DNA from: Roseovarius sp.
GTDB taxonomy: Bacteria > Pseudomonadota > Alphaproteobacteria > Rhodobacterales > Rhodobacteraceae
Assembly (NCBI GenBank): GCA_024636515.1
Contig: JAGXGX010000147.1
Coordinates: forward strand, 1 to 50,583
Direction of reading: 5' to 3'
Length of the DNA stretch: 50,583 nucleotides
A program made the translations under genes and the position numbers. This document shows positions 1-10,042 of this stretch, piece by piece. The notes under the pieces were generated by a model. That model did not search any database, had not been told where the DNA came from, and worked only from the letters and a program-made list of their open reading frames with translations. Each line of letters opens with the position of its first letter. The first letter of the stretch is position 1.

Positions 1-18
1 CTAGAATATTATGCGATT

Positions 19-447
19 GTGCAGCTTTTGATCGTTTATCATTCCAAAGCGGGTGGCAGTCGGCAGATGGCCGAAGCGGCTAATTCAACGGCATGCGAAA
101 AAATCAACATAATTTTGAAGACTGCGGAAGACGCCGGGCCCTAGGATCTCATGCGGGCAGACGGTTACATCTTTTGCGCGCTGGAGAACCTTGCCGCGAT
201 TGCAGGCGTGATGAAGGATTTCTATGACCAGAGCTATTATCCCGTTCTTGGACGTATCGAGGGGCGCCCTTACGCGCAGATGGTATGTGCCAGTTCGGAC
301 GTGGAGACCGCAGTCCGTCAGACCGCTCGCATTGCCCAGGGATGGCGGCTAAAGGAAGTTCACCGGTCATTGATCATATGCACCCACCCGCAGACGCCCG
401 GTGGAATTCTGGCCAAGAAGATGATCACGGAAGAGCGAGGAACCTAA
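19..447 (+). pseudogene. Flavodoxin/WrbA-like protein with in-frame stop
   Basis: The frame from GTG19 reads VQLLIVYHSKAGGSRQMAEAA (flavodoxin phosphate-binding loop), hits TAG at 142-144, then continues DLMRADGYIFCALENLA...KDFYDQSYYPVLGRIEGRPY in the same frame. Confidence 0.75.
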
Positions 448-759
448 ATCGAGCGAAATCGACCTCAGCGTCCAATGCGAACTTCTGCGAGTTTTGCAAA
501 ACAGTGTCCAAATCGAGATCCAGCAACCAAATTTACCGAGCATTACCAAAGCTCTAGCGCCCCAACGGGCGCTGTTTGCGTTTTGGAGTAAAACGACGGT
601 GCTACGCTGGTGCTACGGTAGGACGCTAAGCAGCGCGTCAAAGGCACGGACACCAAATTGGTAAGACAGGGCGGGAGGCATGCGTAATTGGGCTGGCCCT
701 GCACTTTGATCGAGCTCCCGATAGGATCACAGCATATCTGTGAACAAGGGAGACAGAAG

Positions 760-1191
760 ATGGAATATAATGTTGGATTAGATGTGTCGCTTCGGTCGTG
801 CGCGCTGTGCATCGTCGATAGCAGGGGTAAGGTTCATCTCGAACGAGAGTTGCCATGCGAAATCGAGGACATCGCCAACTGTCTCGCAGCTTTTGAATAC
901 CCCGTCGAACGCATTGGTTTTGAAGCCGGTGCTTTAAGTCAGCATCGGTACTTTGGTTTACAATCCTCAGGCTTTGACGTCGTTTGTATGGAAGCCCGCC
1001 AGGTCAGCGCCGCCCTGTCCGCGATGCGCAATAAAACTGACAAGACGGACGCAAAGGGCATTGCCCAAATCTTGCGGACGGGCTGGTTCAGTCCGGTTCA
1101 TATGAAGAGCCGCGAAGCCGAGGGACTACGACAGCTCATGAGCATGCGAAAGGCGTTACTCAAGAAGACGATGGACAAAATGGCCGCCTAA
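760..1191 (+). mobile_element. IS110-family transposase, N-terminal (RuvC-like DEDD) fragment
   Basis: MEYNVGLDVSLRSCALCIVD...IGFEAG...KTDKTDAKGIAQILRTGW are IS110 N-terminal motifs. The ORF stops after about 143 aa, so the C-terminal domain is missing. GGGAG RBS precedes ATG760. Confidence 0.88.
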
Positions 1192-1287
1192 GCCCAAAGA
1201 TCTAAACCCACGGACTCCGCGCAAAGCTGGAGGGAGCTTGGGGCTCAGATCATCGTCTACAAAAGCCATACATTCAATAGGTGAGAG

Positions 1288-3756
1288 ATGTCTTCAGATC
1301 ACAGTGCGCGATGGTTCCAAGGGATTAGTTTGATTTTTTTTCTTGGACTATCCTACTGCTCATTTTTACTGGTACACAAAATTGCACAAAGTAGATCGCA
1401 AGAAGCCTTTCAGGTTTTAGTGGATCAAAGCCTCATCTCTCTTGATCGACGTTTCGAAGACTACAGTCGGATCCTTGATGGTCTTAATGGTTTAGTAATG
1501 GCATCTGACGAAGTAACCGCGTTAGACATGTCAAACTATGCTGAAGCTCTGAATGTGAATGATAGTATGTTCGTGCTTGATGCAATCGGTCTTGCCACGG
1601 CGGACCCCGAAGAAAATGACCTGCGAGGTAATTCGTTCGCGCTCACTGATAGTCTTAGTCAGTTCAGAAGTTTGCCATCCACGCTTCAGACCGATCATTT
1701 TATCGTGCAATATATTGAGCCACTCGCCAGCCACCAAATGTTTCTGGGGTTGGATTTTGCAAGCAATCCCGATCTCCTTGCTATCGCAAAAAAAGCTCGT
1801 GATACGGGTCAAACTCTTCTAGCTGGACACTTCCCAGATCTCGTTCCTCAAATCGGCGAATCTCGGGTATTTATGCTTAAACCAATCTACAAACCGTTGC
1901 AAAGTACATATCTTATGAAGCCGCAGAAAGATGATTTTCTTGGCTTTGCATTCGCGGTGTTGAACGTCGAGAATTTCTTCAAAGGCCTAACAACTGCGCA
2001 AGGCCAACTGATAGAAATACAAGCCGAATTTAATGCAAAGACGGCTATTAATAATATCAAAACTGTACCCGCGACGGCCATTAACGCAACAGACTATGGC
2101 CTTCGCCAGTCGATTGAGAAATTCGGACAAACCTTCTCTATGTCATTGAGAAGTACAACGGAGTTCGACTCTATCCAGCCATTCCGAGCAAGCTGGATCG
2201 TTCTGACATTAGGGCTTTTGATTACGGCACTGGTCAGCACAATATTGCGTGTGTTGATTAGGAAAAACCAGACAATCGCTGTCACCATAGCGCAAAAAAC
2301 CCGAGACCTTGAAACGCAAGACAAAGAGAAGCGCTCCATTCTTGAGAATGCGATGCTTGCGATCGTCTCGGTAAATAAATTAGGCGAAATCCTCCATGCA
2401 AACGATGCCGCACTGAAACTACTGTTGCCGCTCACGAGCCAGATGTGTCTGAGTGAAAAATTCCTCAGTGAATTGCTACCTGACATGGATCTGCAAGGTG
2501 TTGATGGATGGTCAAAGCTACATGTGACTTCGACGATCGAGAAAGCTGAGCCATTGATTATCGAAGTCGAAAAGAAGACGTGGTTCACTGCGGAAGGTGA
2601 AGCACGGACTACGTTGCTAATGCGCGATATCACCGTCACCGAACGGCATGCAAATGAGATTGTCGAGGCTGAGCAACGGTGGAACCTCGCTCTGATGAGC
2701 GTTCAAATTGGCGTTTTTGATATTGATTTAGAGCGCGAAACCTCAGTCGTCTCCGATACTTGGCTCGAGAACATGCAAATTGAAGCTCTTCCAAGCTGCA
2801 AAAATCCCTATCAAGAACAGATGGTTCGCATGCATTCGGATGACCTTGTCCTTTTCAGAAAAGCAGAAGCGGCCTGCATCGAAGGCCGCACAGACCGCGC
2901 TGAAGTTCGTTTTCGCGTAAATGTCGCCAATGATGAATGGCGCTGGATCAAGTCCGATGCCGTCGTGGTAGAGCGTGCCCCAGACGGGACCGCCCTCAGG
3001 ATGCTTGGGATACAGATGGATGTGACAGAAATCTTCAAACTGGAGCGGATGAAACGTGATTTCGTCGCCACTGTCAGTCATGAACTTCGCACGCCTTTAA
3101 CTTCAATCAAAGGCGCGCTCGGACTTTTGCAAGCTCAGTCGCAGGCTGAAAAAACCAAGGGCTCTGACCGATTAATCGAGATTGCTTTGTCAAATTCCGA
3201 CCGCCTCGCCAGCCTTGTAAACGATATTCTGGACATGGAGAAAATGAATTCGGGCAATATGAACGTTGAAGTGAATTCGTTCAGTCTTAACGAGATTTTG
3301 AGTGACGCATCCCAACAGTTCGAAACTTATGCCTCGCAGTGGAACGTTTGGGTGGAAGTGCCGAAGCCTGAAGTTGAACAGATGATCTCAACAGACAAGA
3401 AGCGTGTTATTCAGGTTTTGACAAACCTGCTGTCGAACGCATGTAAGTTTGCGCATTCCGAGACAACAGTTCGGCTTACTGCCGAAGTTCTGCCAACCCA
3501 TATGAAAATTTCAGTGAGCAATTTTGGGCCGGGTATACCTGAAGATTTCCGTAGCAGAATATTCCAACCCTTCTCACAGGCGGACAACTCCGACGCGCGT
3601 CAGCGAGGTGGCACCGGATTAGGGCTGAGCATCTCGCGCACCTTGATTGAAATGATGGGTGGCACGATCGGATTTGAGAGTGAGCCGGACCAAGAAACCG
3701 TTTTCTGGTTCACCTGCCCTTTGACTGACGCTTCAGAAGTCTTAGCTTTGGCGTAG
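1288..3756 (+). CDS. CHASE-domain, PAS-containing sensor histidine kinase (orphan)
   Basis: Two TM segments flank a CHASE-like YIEPL...LGLDFASNP...ARDTG region. PAS/PAC (WRWIKSDAVVVER), H-box VSHELRTPLTSIKG, N-box NLLSNACKF, G2 GGTGLGLSI. Confidence 0.88.
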   Translation: MSSDHSARWFQGISLIFFLGLSYCSFLLVHKIAQSRSQEAFQVLVDQSLISLDRRFEDYSRILDGLNGLVMASDEVTALDMSNYAEALNVNDSMFVLDAIGLATADPEENDLRGNSFALTDSLSQFRSLPSTLQTDHFIVQYIEPLASHQMFLGLDFASNPDLLAIAKKARDTGQTLLAGHFPDLVPQIGESRVFMLKPIYKPLQSTYLMKPQKDDFLGFAFAVLNVENFFKGLTTAQGQLIEIQAEFNAKTAINNIKTVPATAINATDYGLRQSIEKFGQTFSMSLRSTTEFDSIQPFRASWIVLTLGLLITALVSTILRVLIRKNQTIAVTIAQKTRDLETQDKEKRSILENAMLAIVSVNKLGEILHANDAALKLLLPLTSQMCLSEKFLSELLPDMDLQGVDGWSKLHVTSTIEKAEPLIIEVEKKTWFTAEGEARTTLLMRDITVTERHANEIVEAEQRWNLALMSVQIGVFDIDLERETSVVSDTWLENMQIEALPSCKNPYQEQMVRMHSDDLVLFRKAEAACIEGRTDRAEVRFRVNVANDEWRWIKSDAVVVERAPDGTALRMLGIQMDVTEIFKLERMKRDFVATVSHELRTPLTSIKGALGLLQAQSQAEKTKGSDRLIEIALSNSDRLASLVNDILDMEKMNSGNMNVEVNSFSLNEILSDASQQFETYASQWNVWVEVPKPEVEQMISTDKKRVIQVLTNLLSNACKFAHSETTVRLTAEVLPTHMKISVSNFGPGIPEDFRSRIFQPFSQADNSDARQRGGTGLGLSISRTLIEMMGGTIGFESEPDQETVFWFTCPLTDASEVLALA

Positions 3757-3837
3757 TTCAACTTCGCGCGCCAATTCGATGAACTCCCTTCGAGAGATGC
3801 CTGTGATGTCCAGCCGCGAGGCAAATTGGCGAAAGAC

Positions 3838-4235
3838 GTAGTGCCCGGTAAATCCGAGAACCACCAGATCAGCATGTAGCTGCTTTAGCGTCCGCCGCTG
3901 CTTGCGCGACTTGTCGGCCTCCGTCTTCAGCCACCCGGCAAGCTTCTCGGCGAACGTATCAAGCTTGCTCTGCCGCTCCGGTGTCGTGAACTGCGGCTCA
4001 ATCGTGCCTGCATTCAAATACTTGGTGATCGTATTGCGCGACAAACCAGTGCGCCGCGCAATCTCACGGATCGATAGCTTCTCCCGCAAAGACATGCGTC
4101 GAATAATGTTCAAAAGTCCCATGTGTATCACTCCGCTGCTCCCCGTTGCGCATTGCGCTGGGGGAAGGGTCACATGGCTCAAATCTCAGTGGAAATTATC
4201 CGTCTATCCGGTTGAAATCTGCGTGGAAATCTACA
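3838..4235 (-). mobile_element. istA: IS21-family remnant: left end plus 5' part of istA
   Basis: The minus strand begins TGTAGATTTCCAC at 4235. Two 21-bp repeats (4176-4196 and 4210-4230, 17/21 identical) are typical of IS21 ends. The ORF from 4131/4122, (VIH)MGLLNIIRRMSLREKLSIREIARRTGLSRNTITKYL...RRTLKQLHADL..GFTG, is the IstA HTH region and is then truncated. Confidence 0.85.
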
Positions 4236-4382
4236 CGTTTCGCGCCCAAAAAAATGAACGATGTAACCCCTGTGCTGCTTGGGCTTCAGGTTTTCGAAGG
4301 CGTCCGCAAATCCGGGATCATCGTCTAGCGCATCGCGCGACTCGTTGGGATAGGGCAGGGTAGCGCGGACAGGCGATGACAA
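4236..4382 (-). pseudogene. YdeI/OmpD-associated family C-terminal fragment, cut by IS21
   Basis: YPNESRDALDDDPGFADAFENLKPKQHRGYIVHF resembles the YdeI C-terminal motif. Removing one T from the T7 run restores HFLGAK. The fragment ends exactly at the IS21 end. Confidence 0.55.
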
Positions 4383-4565
4383 TCCTTGAAAGGACTTACC
4401 GAGAGGATCGAGACGGACGTTGCTCCCTTGGGTCGTGTCATCGTGTTTCTCCTAGCACGTATTTTGGGGGTATCTTCAGGGGTCTGCTGCCGGATACGAT
4501 CCAGCTTATATCCGGCTCATAAAGCCTCGGACCATCCTGAACACAGCATCATCGGAACCGTACAC

Positions 4566-4937
4566 ATGTCGCATGCTCCAAGCACTCCAACTTCCACATC
4601 GCCGGTTGGCTCAAATGGCGGACGCTCTCATTTCGCCGCTGGGGCAAAGCTGTCCGGAGACCTCACAGTGCCGGGCGTTATGGAACTGTCCGGTCATATT
4701 GATGGGAAGATTAATGCGGATTCAATCGTGATTGGCGAGAATGGGTCTGCTATTGGGGAACTGCACGCCGACAATGTCGAGGTCAAAGGTCGTCTCGACG
4801 GCAACATTTATGGCCAGGACGTCAAACTGCACTCCAGCGCAAAAGTCTCCGGCAAGATTTTCTATCAGACCCTGACCATTGAGAGTGGGGCTGAGGTGAA
4901 TTCGTCCTGTTCCCACCAAATCGCGCGGGAACTTTAG
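4566..4937 (+). CDS. Bactofilin (polymer-forming cytoskeletal protein, DUF583)
   Basis: Beta-helix repeats SHFAAGAKLSGDLTVPGVMELSGHIDGKINADSIVIGENGSAIGELHADNVEVKGRLDGNI...LTIESGAEV. ATG4566 is preferred over the longer ORF start. Confidence 0.85.
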   Translation: MSHAPSTPTSTSPVGSNGGRSHFAAGAKLSGDLTVPGVMELSGHIDGKINADSIVIGENGSAIGELHADNVEVKGRLDGNIYGQDVKLHSSAKVSGKIFYQTLTIESGAEVNSSCSHQIAREL

Positions 4938-5006
4938 CAAGCGAGGCCGGTCAGCTGAGCGGGTCAGCGGTGGGATAGTGCGGTATTGGCTCCGACCAGC
5001 GCTGAC

Positions 5007-5119
5007 GGCCAGCTTGGCTTCGAGGTAGACGTTACTTTTGTATGTGAGCAACTGATAGAATTCCTGCTGATCTGAGCGGTGTGATCGTTCTACCTTTCCC
5101 TTCAATGCGGTGTTCCGCG
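5007..5119 (-). mobile_element. IS481-family transposase internal fragment
   Basis: RGTP-[frameshift]-LKGKVERSHRSDQQEFYQLLTYKSNVYLEAKLA matches the integrase-core P.LNGKVERSHR.D..EFY motif. Confidence 0.7.
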
Positions 5120-5303
5120 CCTGATTTAGGCATTATCTTAATCATCTGTTTGCTGCGCTTACGGGGTGTCAACGCTGGTTTTCCAAACTTCCTGCCCTGT
5201 CTGTTGTTCCCGGAAGCGTACCTCCAAAAAAGGGTCCGTAAACACATGCTCGCTATGCTAGGGCGACCTTGATCCAGGAGCGCGAGCTGCAGCAGGTCAA
5301 TAT

Positions 5304-6602
5304 TCAAGAAGGGCGGAACGAGGCCAACGCAGCCAGCATGGCGTTGGCGGGTGCGTGCTCCAGCCGCTCAAGGTCAGAGCGGCGGAAGGTTGCGGAGCTA
5401 GTCGGCTGCCCCTCAACCATCTGCGTGATTGTGAATACCTCGACCGAGGCGGGCAAACTGCGTGTCATCGCGCGCGCGGTCCGGCCCAAGGCCTGCGGTC
5501 GCTGGCCATAGCGATTGTTGCGGATTTGTACGCGCGCGCGCGTGCCGTTCAGGTCCATGCCGTGCAGCGCGATCCCCTCGCGTTCCAGCAGCGACGCGAG
5601 CGTCGTGCGCGCTCTGGTGGTGCGCGCGGTATCCGTTGTCCAACCCAGATCGGCGGCGGCGGCGTCGCGCGGCGAGACGGGCAGCGGTGCGCCTTCTGTC
5701 CCGCCTTTCATTGCGGGACTGCGCGGGTTCAGCGATATGGTGACCGACGCGCCGATTTCTTCGCCATAGAGCGAGTATGCGTTGAAGCATAGCGCTTCGC
5801 TGACCTCATAGCTGGCGGTAAAGTTGACCGATGATTTGCGGGTTATCGCGCCATCGCGCATCTCGCGGACGTACCCGTCTGAGGAGTATTCCACACCAAA
5901 GCTCAGCTTGTCCGTGGCGGCAAAGGATAGCCCGCCAAAGGCCGCGATATCGCCGCGGAACCAACGGTCATAGGTCGGAATTCCGCCCTCACCCAGGAGC
6001 GATGTGGGCCGCGTGCCGGTACTGCCAAATGCGCCGCTGCTGCCGAGCCTTCCCCAGCCGATGCCGCCTGTGACGCGCAGCCGTTTACCGATGGATTTTG
6101 TCGCGACCAAGTATTCGCCGCCATAGACGCCGGTGCCGATGAAATCCTGAAGCCCGATGGCGACAGCGGGAATGTATTTGCCCTCGTTAAGCAGGCGAAA
6201 CCGCAAATCAAAGCTGCGATCGTAAAGCGTGCTGAACGTAGGCCGCCCCGGGTCGGCCGCGAGGCCACCAATACCTGAGTAGCGAAAACTGGCCGACAAG
6301 CGCGGCAGCACCTGAAAGGTCAGCGTTGTGCGCGTCGTCATATTGTTGCCAGTGCCGTAGAACGACACAGTCGTCGACAGTTGGCTGTCGGGGGCCATTT
6401 CGGCGGTCGGCATGTCGATCAGACCGCCGGGCGTGCCATAGATATTCGTCTGCGTCGTGATCAAATTATCCGTCGCGGGATCCGGCGCGATGCTAGCGGT
6501 CAAACCACGGGTGGCGAGGCCGCCTGCGGTCTGTGCCACTGCGTCTGCGGTGCTGAATGCAAGGGTGGCCAATGCGGCGACGATGGGCTTTTTGCAGGTC
6601 AC
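5304..6602 (-). pseudogene. YjbH/GfcD-type exopolysaccharide-associated outer membrane protein, C-terminally truncated
   Basis: Signal peptide after GTG6602 (GAGGG RBS). Motifs YGTPGGLIDMPTAEMAPD, DRSFDLRFRLLNEGKYIPAVAIGLQDFIGTG and EYLVATK. About 432 aa, whereas the family is usually about 700 aa; it ends at the IS-remnant island. Confidence 0.75.
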
Positions 6603-6720
6603 TTTGATCCCTCGTGCGGCGCGTAATTTTTCGGACCCTACGCAGGGGGCTGAAAAAATAACAAGTCGTTCGCCCGGCATTAGCACACTTTTAACGCGAG
6701 CGTTGCGCTCTCGCCGTGCG

Positions 6721-8256
6721 TCAGCCTAATTGCACGATTGCGAGGGTGAGCACCGCGCCCAAAACAAGGCCGCCGATACCCCACAGAGCCAGATCGCGCC
6801 GCCTGCGCCGCGGCACTTCGGGCGGCGTCGGCGCGGCACTGCGCATGATTGCCGTCTCGACCAACTGGGGCAGGCGCGGGCCAAAGCGCGCCAGCACAGC
6901 CAGCGTTTTGCCTAGGCTTTGGGCGATGGCGCGCGGGCCCAAGGCTTGGCGGATGTAATCCTCGACCACAGGCTTCGCGACCTGCCAGATGTTGATCTGT
7001 GGGTTCAGCGATCGCGCGACACCTTCCACCACGACCATGGTCCGTTGCAAAAGGATCAACTCGGTCCGCGTTTCCATCCCGAACCGTTCGGTGACCTCAA
7101 ACAGATAGCTTAGCAGACTGCCCATGCTGATGCGGCTGGCATCCATGCCGAAAATCGGCTCGCCGACAGCGCGCAGGGCGCGGGCAAATTCATCCACATC
7201 GCGGTCGGGTGGCACGTAGCCGGCCTCAAAATGTACCTCGGCGACGCGTTGATAGTCTCGCTTGATAAAGCCATAGAGAATCTCGGCATAGACGCGCCTC
7301 GTATACTCGTCGATATGGCCCATGATGCCGAAATCGTAGATGATGATATTGCCGTTCGGCGCAACCTTAAGGTTTCCTTGATGCATGTCGGCGTGGAAGT
7401 AGCCGTCACGCAGCGCGTGGTTGAGGAAGAGTTGCAGGACCCTGTCGCCCAGCCGCGTGCGGTCATGGCCAGCGGCGTCGATAGCATCATTGTCGCCCAG
7501 TGGTACGCCGTCGGCCCAGTCCATCGTCATCACGCGGCGACTTGACAGATCCCACTTGATGCTAGGCAGCTGGACGCCTTCGTCGTCTTTGATGTTGGCC
7601 TCGAATTCCGACGCCGATGATGCCTCTAGCCGCAGATCCAGCTCACCCATGACGACGCCCTCGAAATGGGCGATCACATCCGTCGGATGCAGGCGGCGGG
7701 ATGACGGTGACAACAGCTCGATTATGCTTGCGGCAAAGTAAAATGCGTCGATGTCGACGCGAAACGCGCGTTCGATGCCGGGGCGCAATACCTTGATCGC
7801 GACCGCCTCGTCGGTGTCCTTTAGGCGCGCCTTGTGGACCTGCGCGATGGACGCGGCGGCGACCGCTGGACTGAAGTCATCGAACATCGCCTCGACCGGC
7901 GCGCCGAGCTCGGCCTCTATGCTGGCTTTGGCGTCTGCGACGGGGAAGGGTGGCAGCTTGTCCTGCAACACACGCATCTGAGCGGCCAACTCGCCGCCCA
8001 CCAGATCGGGGCGCGTCGACAGGATCTGGCCGAACTTAATGTACGCGGGGCCAAGGGCCGTAAGTGCGCGGGTCGCTGGCGGCATCGCCAAGTCGCCCTT
8101 GGCGCCCAGCCATTTGAACGGCCACGCAAGGCAGCGCAGCGTGCCTCGTACCAGTGGCGGCGCATCCAGCGCATCCATTACGACCGCCATGGCGCCCGTA
8201 CGTTCCAGCGTGGCGCCCGTGCGTATCAGGCGGATAATATTGTGCGGGCCGCGCAT
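6721..8256 (-). CDS. ubiB: Ubiquinone biosynthesis kinase-like protein UbiB
   Basis: LGPAYIKFGQILSTRPD, AAASIAQVHKA, FHADMHQGN, DFGIMG; immediately downstream of ubiE. Confidence 0.96.
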   Translation of the reverse strand: MRGPHNIIRLIRTGATLERTGAMAVVMDALDAPPLVRGTLRCLAWPFKWLGAKGDLAMPPATRALTALGPAYIKFGQILSTRPDLVGGELAAQMRVLQDKLPPFPVADAKASIEAELGAPVEAMFDDFSPAVAAASIAQVHKARLKDTDEAVAIKVLRPGIERAFRVDIDAFYFAASIIELLSPSSRRLHPTDVIAHFEGVVMGELDLRLEASSASEFEANIKDDEGVQLPSIKWDLSSRRVMTMDWADGVPLGDNDAIDAAGHDRTRLGDRVLQLFLNHALRDGYFHADMHQGNLKVAPNGNIIIYDFGIMGHIDEYTRRVYAEILYGFIKRDYQRVAEVHFEAGYVPPDRDVDEFARALRAVGEPIFGMDASRISMGSLLSYLFEVTERFGMETRTELILLQRTMVVVEGVARSLNPQINIWQVAKPVVEDYIRQALGPRAIAQSLGKTLAVLARFGPRLPQLVETAIMRSAAPTPPEVPRRRRRDLALWGIGGLVLGAVLTLAIVQLG

Positions 8257-8260
8257 TGCT

Positions 8261-9004
8261 CTACAGCTTCCAGCCAGAGTGGAGGCACGCGATGCCCATG
8301 CTCAGGTTGCGATACTTGGCATTACCAAAACCAGCCTCTTTCACCATGCTCAGGAACGTCTCCTGATCAGGAAACTGCCGAATGGATTCGACGAGGTATT
8401 GATAGCTGTCGCGATCCCCGGCGACAGCCTGGCCCATGCGGGGAATGACGTTAAAGCTGTAGAGGTCATAGACCTTTTGCATCATGTCGTTCGGGATCTG
8501 GCTAAATTCCAGCACCATCAGGCGTCCGCAGGGTCGAAGCACGCGATAGGCCTCGTTCAGCGCCTCTTGCGGGCGCGTCACATTTCGAATGCCAAAGCTG
8601 ATGGTGTAGACGTCAAAGGAGTTATCCTCAAATGGCAGCGCCATCGCATCGCCGACAACCCAGTCTAGGCTTGCTGCCATGGCGTCGGCTTCTGCGCGCT
8701 TGCGGCCCTCAACCAGCATCGGCTCGGTCAGGTCCAGCACGGTGGCGTGGCCGCTGCCAGCGCGTTTCAAGAATCGAAACGCAATATCGCCAGTACCGCC
8801 CGCGACATCCAGCAGGCGCTGGCCGGGGCGGGGGGCCAGCCAATCCATCATCGCATCCTTCCAGACGCGGTGGATGCCGAGGCTCATCACATCGTTCATT
8901 ACATCGTATTTACTGGCGACCGAGCCAAAGACACCGCGCACGCGGCCTGCCTTTTCATTCTCGGGAATGTCCTGAAATCCGAAATGGGTGGTGTTTTCGC
9001 TCAT
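8261..9004 (-). CDS. ubiE: Ubiquinone/menaquinone C-methyltransferase UbiE
   Basis: [50 protein letters not shown]. Real start is ATG9004. Confidence 0.97.
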   Translation of the reverse strand: MSENTTHFGFQDIPENEKAGRVRGVFGSVASKYDVMNDVMSLGIHRVWKDAMMDWLAPRPGQRLLDVAGGTGDIAFRFLKRAGSGHATVLDLTEPMLVEGRKRAEADAMAASLDWVVGDAMALPFEDNSFDVYTISFGIRNVTRPQEALNEAYRVLRPCGRLMVLEFSQIPNDMMQKVYDLYSFNVIPRMGQAVAGDRDSYQYLVESIRQFPDQETFLSMVKEAGFGNAKYRNLSMGIACLHSGWKL

Positions 9005-9089
9005 CGCTCTTGCCTTGCGTCGGTTCAGACCCTTGTTATAGGGCGCAAGGCCACAGACACAATGCGGCGCTTTTGCGAGAGGCCAAGTC

Positions 9090-9941
9090 ATGCCCGAATT
9101 ACCCGAAGTCGAAACGGTCCGGCGCGGCCTGGCCCCCGTGATGGAGGGCGCCATCATTGCGCGCGCTGATGTGAACCGGCCAGACCTGCGCTGGCCCTTT
9201 CCGCCGCGTATGGCCGCGCGGCTAACCGGGCAGCGCGTACTGGGCCTGCGCCGCAGATCCAAATACATTTTGGCAGACTTGGCGTCGGGTGAGACTTTGC
9301 TGATTCATCTGGGTATGTCGGGCCGCATGCTGATCTCGGGCGATCCTCTTGGCCGGTTTGTGCATGACCATCCGGCGCCTGAGAAACACGATCATGTCGT
9401 CTTCCATATGCAAAATGGCGCGCGCGTTACCTTCAACGATCCCCGCCGATTTGGCGCGATGGATGTGTTTGCCACGATTGGCGCAGACGATCACGCCCTT
9501 CTGGCCAAGCTGGGGCCAGAGCCGTTGGGCAATTCCTTTGACGAGGAGTATTTCGCTGCCGCGCTAGACGGTAAAAATACACCGATCAAGTCGGCCCTGC
9601 TGGACCAGCGCATCGTTGCGGGACTTGGCAACATTTATGTGTGCGAGGCGCTGTTTCGCGCAGGAATTTCGCCGCGCCGGCGCGCGGGGAATCTTAGTGC
9701 GCAGCGCGCCGGCAGCTTGGTGCCAATCATTCGCACAGTATTGTTGGACGCGATTGAGGCCGGCGGATCGTCCTTGCGTGATTTCAAGCAGGCGGATGGC
9801 GAGCTGGGATATTTTCAGCACAGTTTCGATGTCTACGGGCGCGAGGGGCAGGCCTGCCGCCGCGTGGGATGCCGAGGGACCGTGGGGCGCATGGTGCAAT
9901 CAGGGCGATCCAGCTTCTACTGCGGCGGGTGCCAGCGATAG
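9090..9941 (+). CDS. mutM: Formamidopyrimidine-DNA glycosylase
   Basis: N-terminal PELPEVE, HLGMSG, GLGNIY and a C-terminal zinc finger. Confidence 0.98.
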   Translation: MPELPEVETVRRGLAPVMEGAIIARADVNRPDLRWPFPPRMAARLTGQRVLGLRRRSKYILADLASGETLLIHLGMSGRMLISGDPLGRFVHDHPAPEKHDHVVFHMQNGARVTFNDPRRFGAMDVFATIGADDHALLAKLGPEPLGNSFDEEYFAAALDGKNTPIKSALLDQRIVAGLGNIYVCEALFRAGISPRRRAGNLSAQRAGSLVPIIRTVLLDAIEAGGSSLRDFKQADGELGYFQHSFDVYGREGQACRRVGCRGTVGRMVQSGRSSFYCGGCQR

Positions 9942-10042
9942 ATGCGACAACCTGCGCGGCCCGCAGGGGCAAAGATTGGTTGATCCGTACCGCCGGGGTG
10001 ATAAGACTGCGCGTCTGACAGAACCAAGCGAAAGCATTTTTC

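Noticed and set aside
5120-5330. Short ORFs between the IS481 fragment and yjbH
   Set aside because: No recognisable motif in any frame; probably junction debris.
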